Below, piece by piece: positions 37,173-46,024 of a stretch of 64,000 bases of DNA. A program made the position numbers and the translations under genes. Source of the DNA: an uncultured Clostridia bacterium (GTDB lineage: Bacteria; Bacillota; Clostridia; Christensenellales; UBA1242); the NCBI GenBank assembly GCA_934747965.1, contig CAKVHI010000003.1, forward strand, positions 7,025 through 71,024, given 5' to 3'. The notes under the pieces are model-generated. The model worked only from the letters and a program-made list of their open reading frames with translations. It was not told where the DNA came from and searched no databases. Every line of letters starts with the position of its first letter. Positions within the stretch are counted from its first letter, which is position 1.

Positions 37173-38108
37173 TTAAAAAATAAATAACAAGAAAAATAAC
37201 AAAGTAAAGAAAACTGAAAAACTTATACCGTCAAGTCTATCCATAAATCCGCCATGCCCAGGGAAAATTGATGAATAGTCTTTTGTGCGTGCTTTTCTTT
37301 TTATGATAGAAGCACAAATATCGCCTATTTCACTTAAAATAGAGGCTAAGATTGTGTATATAACAATTATATATGCTGGAAGCATAGCCTCTAAAAGCCC
37401 GCAAGCAACAAAAATTCCATAAATTCCAAAGCCAAATATAATTCCACCCAAAATGCCACCAACAGCCCCACTTATTGTTTTGTTAGGACTAATTAATGGG
37501 CAAAGTTTTGGACCCTTAATTAAACTTCCAACAAAATAAGCAAAAGTGTCTGTTGCGACTGTGGTCAAAATTGGAAGAAGCAATAAAAACAATCCAAAAT
37601 CAACTTGTCCAAAACGAGAAATATTTAAATATTCAAAATTAGCAATATTGTTTATAAAAAACATACTTGAAAGCAAAAGTGCAGGATAAAGCATTATAAA
37701 TCCAGTAAGCAACACTTTGTTTGTGCAAAATTCAACAAATGTTTTTGTTAATTTTGTTTTTTCAAACTCAGTTTTAAGTTTGTTTTTAGTTAAAAAAACA
37801 ACTAACATTTCAACAAGCATTAAAAGAACAATAATTGCCAAAAACATAAGCAAAATAAACCAAATATTAAGTTTATATTTCATACCCAAAAAGAACGCAC
37901 AATAGCATAAAATTGGATAAATTGTGATTAATGTTCCGTTATTAAGTCTGCCACTTCGATTAAAAACCCTTGAAACTTCATTTGCTGACACAATAATAAC
38001 CAAACACAACAAAGCATCAAAAATATATGTGCTAACAAATTGCCTAAGCACAAAAACTAACGCAACAACAATATTCAATATAATCGCTGTTATAACTCTT
38101 TGTTTCAT
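37173..38108 (-). CDS. cdsA: Phosphatidate cytidylyltransferase
   Basis: Polytopic; signature SIIKRKARTKDYSSIFPGHGGFMDRLD. Start at MKQRV behind SD GAGGAG. Confidence 0.9.
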   Translation of the reverse strand: MKQRVITAIILNIVVALVFVLRQFVSTYIFDALLCLVIIVSANEVSRVFNRSGRLNNGTLITIYPILCYCAFFLGMKYKLNIWFILLMFLAIIVLLMLVEMLVVFLTKNKLKTEFEKTKLTKTFVEFCTNKVLLTGFIMLYPALLLSSMFFINNIANFEYLNISRFGQVDFGLFLLLLPILTTVATDTFAYFVGSLIKGPKLCPLISPNKTISGAVGGILGGIIFGFGIYGIFVACGLLEAMLPAYIIVIYTILASILSEIGDICASIIKRKARTKDYSSIFPGHGGFMDRLDGISFSVFFTLLFFLLFIF

Positions 38109-38115
38109 ATTCTCC

Positions 38116-38805
38116 TCACGCTTTCCCAAAACGCCTTTCTCGTTTGTTATAATCTTTTAAAGCCTTTGTTAAAGTCTTTTTATCAAAATCTGGCCATAAA
38201 GTTTTTGTAAAATAAAGTTCAGCATAAGCCAAATCATAAAGCATAAAATTTGACAATCTTTCTTCGCCACTTGTTCTGATAACAAAATCTAAATCTGGCA
38301 AATCTTTGGTGTAAAGCAAGTGCTTAAAACTTTCTTCATCTACCCTTTCAATTCCAAGTTTTATGGCGTTATTGCAAGCATTTATAATATCTTGCCTACC
38401 ACCATAATTAAGGCACATATTAACAATCATTCTATTATTATTTTTTGTTTTTTCAATGCATTTAGCCAAACTTTTTTGTAAATTTTCTGGAAGCCTAGAC
38501 AAATCTCCGCTTATCACCAATCTAATGTTTTTATCATTAAATTCATCAAGGTCAGATTTAATGTAATCATCCAAAAGTTCAAAAATGTTGTCTATTTCCT
38601 CTTTATCTCGCTTGAAATTTTCAGTTGAAAACACAAAAAAAGAACAAAATTTTATGCCAAAATCTAAGCAAGCATTAATTGTTTTCTTAACTGCCTTAAC
38701 ACCTTCATTGTGCCCAAATTTTCTTGGAAGCAACCGCCTTTTTGCCCACCTTCCGTTGCCATCAATTATAAAGCCAATATGATAAGGTAATTTGTTTATT
38801 TTCAT
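38116..38805 (-). CDS. uppS: Undecaprenyl diphosphate synthase
   Basis: HIGFIIDGNGRWA, FSTENFKR and IRTSGEERLSNFMLYDLAYAELYF. Confidence 0.95.
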   Translation of the reverse strand: MKINKLPYHIGFIIDGNGRWAKRRLLPRKFGHNEGVKAVKKTINACLDFGIKFCSFFVFSTENFKRDKEEIDNIFELLDDYIKSDLDEFNDKNIRLVISGDLSRLPENLQKSLAKCIEKTKNNNRMIVNMCLNYGGRQDIINACNNAIKLGIERVDEESFKHLLYTKDLPDLDFVIRTSGEERLSNFMLYDLAYAELYFTKTLWPDFDKKTLTKALKDYNKRERRFGKA

Positions 38806-38812
38806 AATCCCC

Positions 38813-39001
38813 CTAAACTTCTAATTTGAATTTATCAAAATATAAAATCAATTTATTGTTTATATATTCAAATTTAACCAAAAGTTGTGTATCAAAAAAC
38901 TTGTTTTCATCAAATTCCACAATATCATATTCAACTTTTTCTTCATTTAAAAGTTTCAAAACTTCATTTTTTGGATATCCAATAAAATTTTCAATTTTCA
39001 T
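38813..39001 (-). CDS. Small hypothetical protein (62 aa) coupled between frr and uppS
   Basis: TAATG overlap with the frr stop. PASTA-like beta-alpha pattern (IGYPKNEVLKLLNEEKVEYDIVE). Confidence 0.45.
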   Translation of the reverse strand: MKIENFIGYPKNEVLKLLNEEKVEYDIVEFDENKFFDTQLLVKFEYINNKLILYFDKFKLEV

Positions 39002-39564
39002 TAAATTTCCATAATTTCCTTTTCTTTGTCTTGCGAAATTTTGTCAATTTTTGCAATATAATCATCCAATATTTTTTGCACTTCTTTTTCGCTCAATTTT
39101 TCGCCATCTTCAGTAATTAAATTATCTTTTTTAAGTTGTTTTACATTATCAAGAGCAACTCTTCTTTCATTTCTTGCACTAACTTTAACTTCTTCAGCAA
39201 TCTTTTTTGTTTGTTTAACAAGTTCTTTTCTTCTTTCTTCCGTCAAAACCGGAAAAACAAGCCTAATAACTTTGCCATCATCATTAGGATTTATCCCAAT
39301 ATTTGCCTCATTAATTGCTTTAACAACTTCTTTAATCATACTGGTGTCCCAAAGAGAAATTAAAAGCATTCGTGGCTCAGGAACAGAAATATTAGCCATT
39401 TGATAAAGAGGAGTTGGTGTTCCGTAGTAATCTACCAAAACTTTATCTAATATCTTCGGATTTGCTCTTCCCGCCCTTACAGAAGAAAATTCAACATTTA
39501 AGTGGTTGATAACTTTTTCTAAATTTTGTTTAAGTTCATCATAAACTTCTTTTTGTGTTGTCAT
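39001..39564 (-). CDS. frr: Ribosome recycling factor
   Basis: 187 aa; FSSVRAGRANPKILD...VDYYG and TEERRKELVK. Confidence 0.97.
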   Translation of the reverse strand: MTTQKEVYDELKQNLEKVINHLNVEFSSVRAGRANPKILDKVLVDYYGTPTPLYQMANISVPEPRMLLISLWDTSMIKEVVKAINEANIGINPNDDGKVIRLVFPVLTEERRKELVKQTKKIAEEVKVSARNERRVALDNVKQLKKDNLITEDGEKLSEKEVQKILDDYIAKIDKISQDKEKEIMEI

Positions 39565-39711
39565 AAAATACTCCTTTAAAGTTTGTGAATAGTATTTTCA
39601 CAAAATATACAAGAATATAATACTAAATTTAAAGCAAAAATGCAAATAAAAAATAACTATTAAATTTTATTTTTTGTAAAAAAACTAAAAATTTAACAAT
39701 TAAAAAAACTA

Positions 39712-39740
39712 TTGAAATTTTTTACTATATGTGATATTAT
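39712..39740 (+). promoter_or_regulatory. Promoter TTGAAA-N17-(TGa)TATTAT for the plus-strand two-gene cassette
   Basis: Hexamers read directly. SD AAGAGGTG precedes the ATG at 39762. Confidence 0.6.
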
Positions 39741-39761
39741 ATAATTATATAAGAGGTGCTT

Positions 39762-40388
39762 ATGATTAAACAAGTTGAAATTTGCGACAAATGTGCCAAA
39801 TGCGGATATGAGCAAAATTTTTTTGTTGTTGAAGGAATTGATTTTGAAAATTTTGAAACTAACAAATTAATTGATTTTTCAACATACTCTGCCTTCAAAA
39901 ATCCTTGCTTAAATGTGTGTGAAAATTGCGGATACATCAATTTTGACCTAACCGAAAACTTAGAGAAATTTGCCACTTTCAACAAAGATAACACAAAATA
40001 TAATGACGGAGTTATTGGGATTGATGCAATTTTTCAGCAATATGTTGAAAAAGCTCCGTTTACATTAAAATCTATTCAAGCCTTGGCAAAAATTTTTACA
40101 TTACAAAAATTTTCTTACAATTCATTTGTAAGCAAAAACTTCAGAAAAAAAACTGAATATTTTGACAAAATGATTTCTCTTCACAATCAACTTATTTCAC
40201 AAATAAGCTATGCCTGTGAAATTTATTTGCAGTTAAACAAAAATAATTTTGTTAGTTGTTTTTATGTTGAGATTTTGGCTGATTTAGGAAAAAAAGACCA
40301 AGCAACTTCAATTTTAAATTCTTTACCTTTAAAGGATGACCTTAAAGACTATTTGCTTGAATGTATTGAAATTGGAGGTAATGAATAA
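39762..40388 (+). CDS. Zinc-ribbon protein with a helical (TPR-like) C-terminus, DUF2225-like
   Basis: Two CxxC pairs (CDKCAKCG ... CENCGY) about 45 aa apart, then a helical region. TAATG overlap with the following PHP gene. Confidence 0.55.
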   Translation: MIKQVEICDKCAKCGYEQNFFVVEGIDFENFETNKLIDFSTYSAFKNPCLNVCENCGYINFDLTENLEKFATFNKDNTKYNDGVIGIDAIFQQYVEKAPFTLKSIQALAKIFTLQKFSYNSFVSKNFRKKTEYFDKMISLHNQLISQISYACEIYLQLNKNNFVSCFYVEILADLGKKDQATSILNSLPLKDDLKDYLLECIEIGGNE

Positions 40389-42106
40389 TGCTTCAATTTT
40401 ATAACCGAATTCTTCCAAAATGTGGGTTTGTTGACCTCCACAATCACACAAACGACAGTTATGGCGAAGAAATGAATCAAATGAATATCACGCCTGAGGA
40501 ATTGCTTGAAAGTGCTTATGAATACACCAAGCAAACATCTTCTGATGTCACTTTTGCAATAACCGACCACAACAGCATAGAAGGTGTGCAAAAAGTTGAT
40601 TTACTTTTGAAAAGCAATCCAAAAAAATACGACAAAATAAACTTTATATCTGGCTGTGAATTTACATGCAGTGCCGGAAGTTTGGGCGAAATAACAAATG
40701 ATGAAGGACACATTAAAAACATATATTCAAACTTTCATATGCTTGCGTATGGTTTTAATGCTTTTGATGAAACACTTTCCTTTTTATGCAAACTTCATTC
40801 AACAAAAAGAGCAAATTCAGTATTAGTGAAAACCGATAAAGCCACAATTAAAATTTCTGCTGGTGCTTATGTTTTGTCTATAAAGAACATTTTAAAAGAC
40901 TACGGAATTATACTTTCACTTGAAGATTTCAAAGATGTTAACCTTAAAACAGACAATATCGATGAAAAAACTTATATTAACTATTTAATGACATACATTG
41001 AAAAATTCAAACTTGAAGAAATGGTAAAAAAAGACATTTTCTATCAACTTTGCAATCGTAACATCATAAGTTTGGGTCGCCTAGATTGTTTGGAAGTTAT
41101 GGAAGTTGTTGAATCTGCTGGTGGCGTGTGTGTTTTGGCTCATCCTTTTTTAATTAGACTTGGGACTTTTGCAAAAGACAATGAAAAAAAGACAATGGCT
41201 TTATTGAAAAGAAAACTAAAAAAAATTGGTGAAAAGTTTAATGATGATGATAATGTATATATTCTTTCCTTAAAATATATTGTTAGCAAATTAAGCAAAC
41301 ACGCCCATTCTCTTGATAATAACAAACGACTAAAAGGTATTGTTGGAATAGAAAATTTGCATTTTTCGTCTACCCTTCATTCAAATTTTTTTGAAAGAGT
41401 TAATAACATTGCAAAAGAAAATAATCTTTACATTACTTGCGGAAGTGATTCTCATGGTTCGCTAAAAGCACCGAATATGCTTTCTATGTTTACTGCGAAA
41501 TCTGAATTAACAAACAATGTTAAAAATGACATAGTTGCTAAAAACTGTTTATTTGCTGAAAAACTGCTTGACGGTTCTATAAAAAACGATCTAAAATGTA
41601 ACAAAAGTTTTGATGAGCAAATAACACTTGTTCAAAATCAAAACAATAAAGACAATGTAATTAAATTACAAGACTATTGTAATTTAATTATCAACACAAG
41701 TGTTGATAGACCCCACACTAGTAAAAAACAGAATCATGAAAATAAAGAGAAAAATATAGAATTTTCAAAAGTTATATATAACGGCAAAACAAACATCAAC
41801 ACGGCAATCTTTCTTATCACAAGAGCAATAGACAAAAGTAGCACAGACAAAAGTATCCTTGCAAAAGAATTTAAAAATATTAAGGCTCTTGTGCCTTCAA
41901 TCAATTTAGCACTTGAAACGATAAGCAAAAATAAAGAAGATTTGAAAGATAAAAAGTATGTAATAAACTTTTTGAAACTATATCAAAATTACTTGAAAGT
42001 AAGAAAAAAATATAAACTATGCCTAAAATCAGCTCAAGATGAGTATAAACAAGAAAAGAAGAAAATTAGACTAGATAAACATAACAAAGATGAAAAAACC
42101 TTATAG
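40388..42106 (+). CDS. PHP-domain phosphoesterase (TrpH/RNase AM-like core) with an insertion and a ~200-aa Lys/Asn-rich helical tail
   Basis: All PHP metal motifs are present: DLHNHT, ITDHN, GCEF, FHMLAYG, LAHP and GSDSHG. Confidence 0.7.
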   Translation: MLQFYNRILPKCGFVDLHNHTNDSYGEEMNQMNITPEELLESAYEYTKQTSSDVTFAITDHNSIEGVQKVDLLLKSNPKKYDKINFISGCEFTCSAGSLGEITNDEGHIKNIYSNFHMLAYGFNAFDETLSFLCKLHSTKRANSVLVKTDKATIKISAGAYVLSIKNILKDYGIILSLEDFKDVNLKTDNIDEKTYINYLMTYIEKFKLEEMVKKDIFYQLCNRNIISLGRLDCLEVMEVVESAGGVCVLAHPFLIRLGTFAKDNEKKTMALLKRKLKKIGEKFNDDDNVYILSLKYIVSKLSKHAHSLDNNKRLKGIVGIENLHFSSTLHSNFFERVNNIAKENNLYITCGSDSHGSLKAPNMLSMFTAKSELTNNVKNDIVAKNCLFAEKLLDGSIKNDLKCNKSFDEQITLVQNQNNKDNVIKLQDYCNLIINTSVDRPHTSKKQNHENKEKNIEFSKVIYNGKTNINTAIFLITRAIDKSSTDKSILAKEFKNIKALVPSINLALETISKNKEDLKDKKYVINFLKLYQNYLKVRKKYKLCLKSAQDEYKQEKKKIRLDKHNKDEKTL

Positions 42107-42125
42107 ATCTTATAAGGTTTTTTTA
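42094..42125 (+). terminator. Terminator of the cassette (the hairpin includes the stop codon)
   Basis: AAAACCTTATA-GATC-TTATAAGGTTTT + T7. Confidence 0.75.
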
Positions 42126-42148
42126 AATTTAAAGCGTTATGTTTAAAT

Positions 42149-42178
42149 AAAAAATGATATATGAATTTCATATATCAC
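42149..42178 (-). terminator. tsf terminator
   Basis: Minus strand GTGATATATGA-AAT-TCATATATCA + T6. Confidence 0.75.
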
Positions 42179-42186
42179 TTTCAAAA

Positions 42187-43071
42187 TTATTCATGTTTGC
42201 CCATTTTTGCAACTTCTTCAGCAAAGTTTTCGTTTTTCTTCTCTAAACCTTCGCCCATTTCAAAACGAACAAATCTTGAAATTGTAAAGTTGTTTCCAAC
42301 AACTTCTTCAATAGTTTTAGAATCATCTTTAACAAAAAGTTGATTTAACAAGCAATTTTCTGTATAGAATTTTCCAATTTTACCCATAACAATTTTTTCC
42401 AAAATTTCTTTTGGTTTGTTGGCATTTTTTTCATCATTTTGCATTTGAGCAAGCAAAATTTCTTTTTCTTTATCAAGTTCTTCAGCTGGCACTTCATTTT
42501 TGTTTAAATAAGTTGGTTTTGCTGCTGCAATTTGAAGAGCAACATCATGAAGGATATCTTCCCCACCGTTAAATGGATTAGCATCAACCATAACACCAAC
42601 TTTTCCACCCATGTGAATATAAGTTTCAATTTTGCCTGCAGTTTCAAACAAAGCGAATCTTCTGATTGAAAGTTTTTCGCCAATAACCATAGTTTGTTCT
42701 GTCATATATTCGCTAACTGACATACCATTAATTTCGCAAGAATTTAATGCTTCAACATTTTCTGGTTTATTTTTGATAATACATTCAGCAATATCGCTAA
42801 CTATTGCTTGAAATTTTTCGCCTTTAGAAACGAAATCTGATTCACAGTTAATTTCAACCAAAGCGCCGATATTTCCGCAAACTTTTGCACCAACGGCACC
42901 TTCTGCAGCAATACGACTTGCCTTTTTAGCAGCCTTTGCAACGCCTTTTTCACGCAAAACTTCAATGGCTTTATCAAAATCGCCATTAGTTTCAGTTAAA
43001 GCATTTTTGCAATCAAGCATACCTGCACCAGTCATTTCTCTTAAATTTTTTACATCACTTGCTGTAAACAT
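42187..43071 (-). CDS. tsf: Elongation factor Ts
   Basis: ASDVKNLREMTGAGMLDCKNAL UBA-like N-terminus. Start at MFTASD behind SD GGAGG. Confidence 0.97.
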   Translation of the reverse strand: MFTASDVKNLREMTGAGMLDCKNALTETNGDFDKAIEVLREKGVAKAAKKASRIAAEGAVGAKVCGNIGALVEINCESDFVSKGEKFQAIVSDIAECIIKNKPENVEALNSCEINGMSVSEYMTEQTMVIGEKLSIRRFALFETAGKIETYIHMGGKVGVMVDANPFNGGEDILHDVALQIAAAKPTYLNKNEVPAEELDKEKEILLAQMQNDEKNANKPKEILEKIVMGKIGKFYTENCLLNQLFVKDDSKTIEEVVGNNFTISRFVRFEMGEGLEKKNENFAEEVAKMGKHE

Positions 43072-43083
43072 AGTTTCCTCCAA

Positions 43084-43902
43084 TTATTCTTTATCTGTTT
43101 TTTCTTCAACTTTTTCTTCTGCTTTTGCTTCAGTTTCAGCAAATGCTTTTTCAATATCATCAATAGCTTTTTCGCTTGACTTTTCGCCATCTTCTTCTGG
43201 AAGTTCAACAGTTAATTGAACACCTTCTTTTGCTTCAATAACAGCGTTAGCCATAGCAGCAGCAATCAATTTTACAGAACGAATAGCATCATCGTTGCCC
43301 GGAATAACATGAGTTATGTTTTCAGGATCGCAGTTTGTGTCAATCAAACCTACAGTAGGAATACCTAAAGTTTTTGCTTCTTTAACGCAAATATGTTCTT
43401 TTTTAGAGTCAACAACAAAAATAACGCCAGGAAGTTTAGTCATTTCTTTAATACCGCCAAGGTTCTTTTCAAGTTTATCTCTTTCAGCTTTAAGTTTGAT
43501 AACTTCTTTTTTAGGAAGAAGGTCAAATTCCCCTGTTTTTTCCATTTGGTTTAATTTGTTTAATCTTTCAATACTCTTTTTAACAGTTTTGAAATTTGTT
43601 AAAGTACCACCAAGCCAACGAGTGTTAATGTAATACATTCCACATCTTTCAGCTTCTTCTTTAATGGCATCTTGAGCTTGTTTTTTTGTTCCAACAAACA
43701 AAACAGTTTTGCCTTCGTTAACACTTTCTTTAATAAAATCATAGGCTTTGTCAACTAAGTCTAGGGTTTGCTCTAAGTCAATAATATGAATATCTTTACG
43801 AGCAGTGAAGATATACTTATCCATTTTTGGATTCCATTTTCTAGTTTGGTGACCAAAATGTACACCAGCTTCTAGAAGTTGTTTCATAGAAACAGCACTC
43901 AT
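43084..43902 (-). CDS. rpsB: 30S ribosomal protein S2 with an acidic C-terminal extension
   Basis: [22 protein letters not shown]. Start at MSAVSMKQ behind SD AAAGGAGAA. The ORF-track start at 44061 is an over-extension. Confidence 0.97.
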   Translation of the reverse strand: MSAVSMKQLLEAGVHFGHQTRKWNPKMDKYIFTARKDIHIIDLEQTLDLVDKAYDFIKESVNEGKTVLFVGTKKQAQDAIKEEAERCGMYYINTRWLGGTLTNFKTVKKSIERLNKLNQMEKTGEFDLLPKKEVIKLKAERDKLEKNLGGIKEMTKLPGVIFVVDSKKEHICVKEAKTLGIPTVGLIDTNCDPENITHVIPGNDDAIRSVKLIAAAMANAVIEAKEGVQLTVELPEEDGEKSSEKAIDDIEKAFAETEAKAEEKVEEKTDKE

Positions 43903-44094
43903 TTTTAATTCTCCTTTAAATTTTGTTTTAGTCTTCCTAAGTGTTTTAAAACTCTGCAAGCCACCAAGATTTGGCAACGACTTAACAAATTTACACTTAG
44001 TGCGAATTTTGACCATATAAAATATACCATAACAAAAAAAAATTTGCAAGAATTTTAGCAAACTTTTTTATTAACTTTATAAATTTTTGTCATT

Positions 44095-44423
44095 CTACTT
44101 AGTTTTCATATTTTTTATAATATTCAAAACACTTTCCTTTGACTCTTCACTCATGTTTTTTATTAGAGTATATAATTCATTATCTTTTTCATAAGTTTGA
44201 TAATTATTAGAAAAAAATTGTTCTTTAGAGATACCAAATTCATTTATCATTTTATAAACAACTGTTATTGGCATAACAAACCCTTTTGATTTATATAACT
44301 TGAGTGTTTATTCAATCTTAAGCTTAATTCTCTTGCACTAAGTTTTAATTTATTTCTAAAATAATATTCACGCAATGCAATATCTTTAATTATTTCTAAA
44401 TCTTCTTTTTCTTCTAAGTTCAT
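44095..44423 (-). pseudogene. Frameshifted XRE-family helix-turn-helix regulator
   Basis: My own translation gives MNLEEKEDLEIIKDIALREYYFRNKLKLSARELSLRLNKHSSYINQKG, which stops at 44265. The +1 frame continues FVMPITVVYKMINEFGISKEQFF...MKTK*. The break falls inside the HTH at an A4G3 run. Total length is 329 nt, not a multiple of 3. Confidence 0.6.
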
Positions 44424-44551
44424 AAAACCATCCTATAATTTTTTATTATAAAAAACTCCAAACTAAGCTCGGCAAAAAAGCCAAGATAGAAATGAATGGT
44501 TGTTCATGACTATTTTGGTGCGCTTTAAAAACTCTTTATTGCGAAGTTTTT

Positions 44552-44866
44552 TTACTCACTCATAAGTTTGTCGTATTCAGAGAAAACTATATCGATTATA
44601 TCTTCATCTTCTTCAGGATCAAGCAAATTCAACAACTCTTCACCTTCAGGTGTTTCTTCAAGTTCAAAAACAAGGGCTTCATTTTCGCCTACGCCTTCCA
44701 TTTCTTTCACTGGTTTTAAAATTGCATAAACTTGTTCTTTAACAGGAATGACAGCAATTTGTTCAAATTCAATTTCTTTTTCATTTTCATCAATCAAAAT
44801 AATGTTTGAATCATCATTTTCATCAAGCAGATGTTCAAAAACACTTTTTTCTTCTTTTTCTTCCAT
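44552..44866 (-). CDS. DUF1292 family acidic protein
   Basis: 104 aa and highly acidic; EIEFEQIAVIPVKEQVYAILKPV core. Follows ruvX, as in other Firmicutes. Confidence 0.8.
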   Translation of the reverse strand: MEEKEEKSVFEHLLDENDDSNIILIDENEKEIEFEQIAVIPVKEQVYAILKPVKEMEGVGENEALVFELEETPEGEELLNLLDPEEDEDIIDIVFSEYDKLMSE

Positions 44867-44898
44867 ACTAATCTCCTTTAAATAAATAATCCAAAATT

Positions 44899-45306
44899 TT
44901 ATTTTGAATCAAGATAGGTTTGCAAAATTATGCTGGCGGACACTTGGTCTAAAAGTTTTTTACGCTGTTTCCAATCTTTTATTGTAAGTTTTAATTGTTC
45001 TTCAGCTTCGACACTAGATAATCTTTCATCAACAAAAACGATTTTCACACCCGAAAAATTTTTAAGTTTTTCAGCAAATTCTTCAACCAATTTACAGGTT
45101 TCCCCTTTGCTTCCACTCATTTCAAACGGATAACCAATAACAACGGTTTCAACCTTAAATTCTTTTATAATTTTATCCAAAAACTCAAAGTCTTCTTTTT
45201 CAGTTGTTCTTGTGAGTGTGCTGTAAGGCGAAGCCAAAAAACCCATAATATCCGAAAGTGCAATTCCAATTCTAGCCTTTCCAAAGTCTAGCCCCATAAT
45301 TTTCAT
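44899..45306 (-). CDS. ruvX: Holliday junction resolvase-like nuclease RuvX/YqgF
   Basis: IMGLDFGKARIGIALSD...VVIGYP...DERLSSVEAE. Confidence 0.92.
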   Translation of the reverse strand: MKIMGLDFGKARIGIALSDIMGFLASPYSTLTRTTEKEDFEFLDKIIKEFKVETVVIGYPFEMSGSKGETCKLVEEFAEKLKNFSGVKIVFVDERLSSVEAEEQLKLTIKDWKQRKKLLDQVSASIILQTYLDSK

Positions 45307-45472
45307 AGAAAAACCTCTATTAACATTTTAACAAAATAAAAAAAATTAAACAAACAATTTAGCAAATTTTATGTTCAAATTTAATTTATTTTTACAAAAC
45401 ACCATTCAATGCCAAATTTTTCCTTAATATTTGATAATATTTTGCAAACAATAATAGTAGGAGGAAATAATT

Positions 45473-45607
45473 ATGAAAGAATGTTTTACATTTGGTTTAG
45501 CAATGGGAATGCTTGTTGGCGCAGTGATTGTTCACATGAGCCCAAAAGCACAACAAATTATGGATAAAGGCGAAAAATGCTTGAAAGAGAAAGTAAATAA
45601 CCTTTAA
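45473..45607 (+). CDS. Small membrane protein (44 aa)
   Basis: Not in the ORF track because it is shorter than 60 aa. Strong SD AGGAGG lies 7 nt upstream. Sequence MKECFTFGLAMGMLVGAVIVHMSPKAQQIMDKGEKCLKEKVNNL, followed by a terminator. Confidence 0.55.
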   Translation: MKECFTFGLAMGMLVGAVIVHMSPKAQQIMDKGEKCLKEKVNNL

Positions 45608-45609
45608 TT

Positions 45610-45642
45610 AAAAAAGCCAAGAAAACTTTTCTTGGTCTTTTT
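45610..45642. terminator. Bidirectional terminator shared by the small ORF and the iscU-like gene
   Basis: A6-GCCAAGAAAA-C-TTTTCTTGGT-CT5. Confidence 0.75.
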
Positions 45643-45643
45643 A

Positions 45644-46024
45644 TTATTGAGCAGATTTTAACTTCTCAAGTTTTTTATAATAATCTTTAATTGCTTCATG
45701 AATTGCCTTTTCTGCCAAAATGCCACAATAAAATTTATATTCTGGAAGTTCACCCATATCTTTCAAAATTTGATCAAAAGTGATTTTTAATGCATCTTCA
45801 ACTTTCTTGCCTTTTATTTTATCACAAGCATAATCACTAGACACAATAGTTACAACACCACCCAAAGTTTTGAATTTAGCATCCATAATAATGCCGTCTT
45901 CAACTTTAAGATAAATTCTTATAATATCGCCATTTTGCGAAGCCTCACCAACCCCGCTGGCATTTTTAATTAAGCCAACATTTTTGAGATTAAGAAATCT
46001 TGTCATAATAATTTTGTTATACAT
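45644..46024 (-). CDS. IscU/NifU-like scaffold homologue lacking two of three cluster cysteines
   Basis: Aligns to IscU throughout (NVG...GD..R.YLKVEDGII.DAKFKT.G..., ...YCGILAEKAIHEAIKDY), but has SQNGD in place of ACGD and LGGVV in place of YGCGS. Confidence 0.8.
   Translation of the reverse strand: MYNKIIMTRFLNLKNVGLIKNASGVGEASQNGDIIRIYLKVEDGIIMDAKFKTLGGVVTIVSSDYACDKIKGKKVEDALKITFDQILKDMGELPEYKFYCGILAEKAIHEAIKDYYKKLEKLKSAQ

Noticed and set aside
39585-39603. TGTGA-N9-TCACA inverted repeat upstream of frr, as a CRP/FNR-type site.
   Set aside because: The spacer is 9 rather than 6 nt, it is a single occurrence, and I cannot tie it to any regulator from sequence alone.
43903-44061. The 53-aa N-terminal extension of rpsB in the ORF track. 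Similar over-extended starts occur for xseB, tsf, argR, spoIIIAH, spoIIIAE and cdsA.
   Set aside because: Internal ATG codons preceded by strong SDs match the conserved protein N-termini. The extensions have no homology and overlap upstream genes or promoters.
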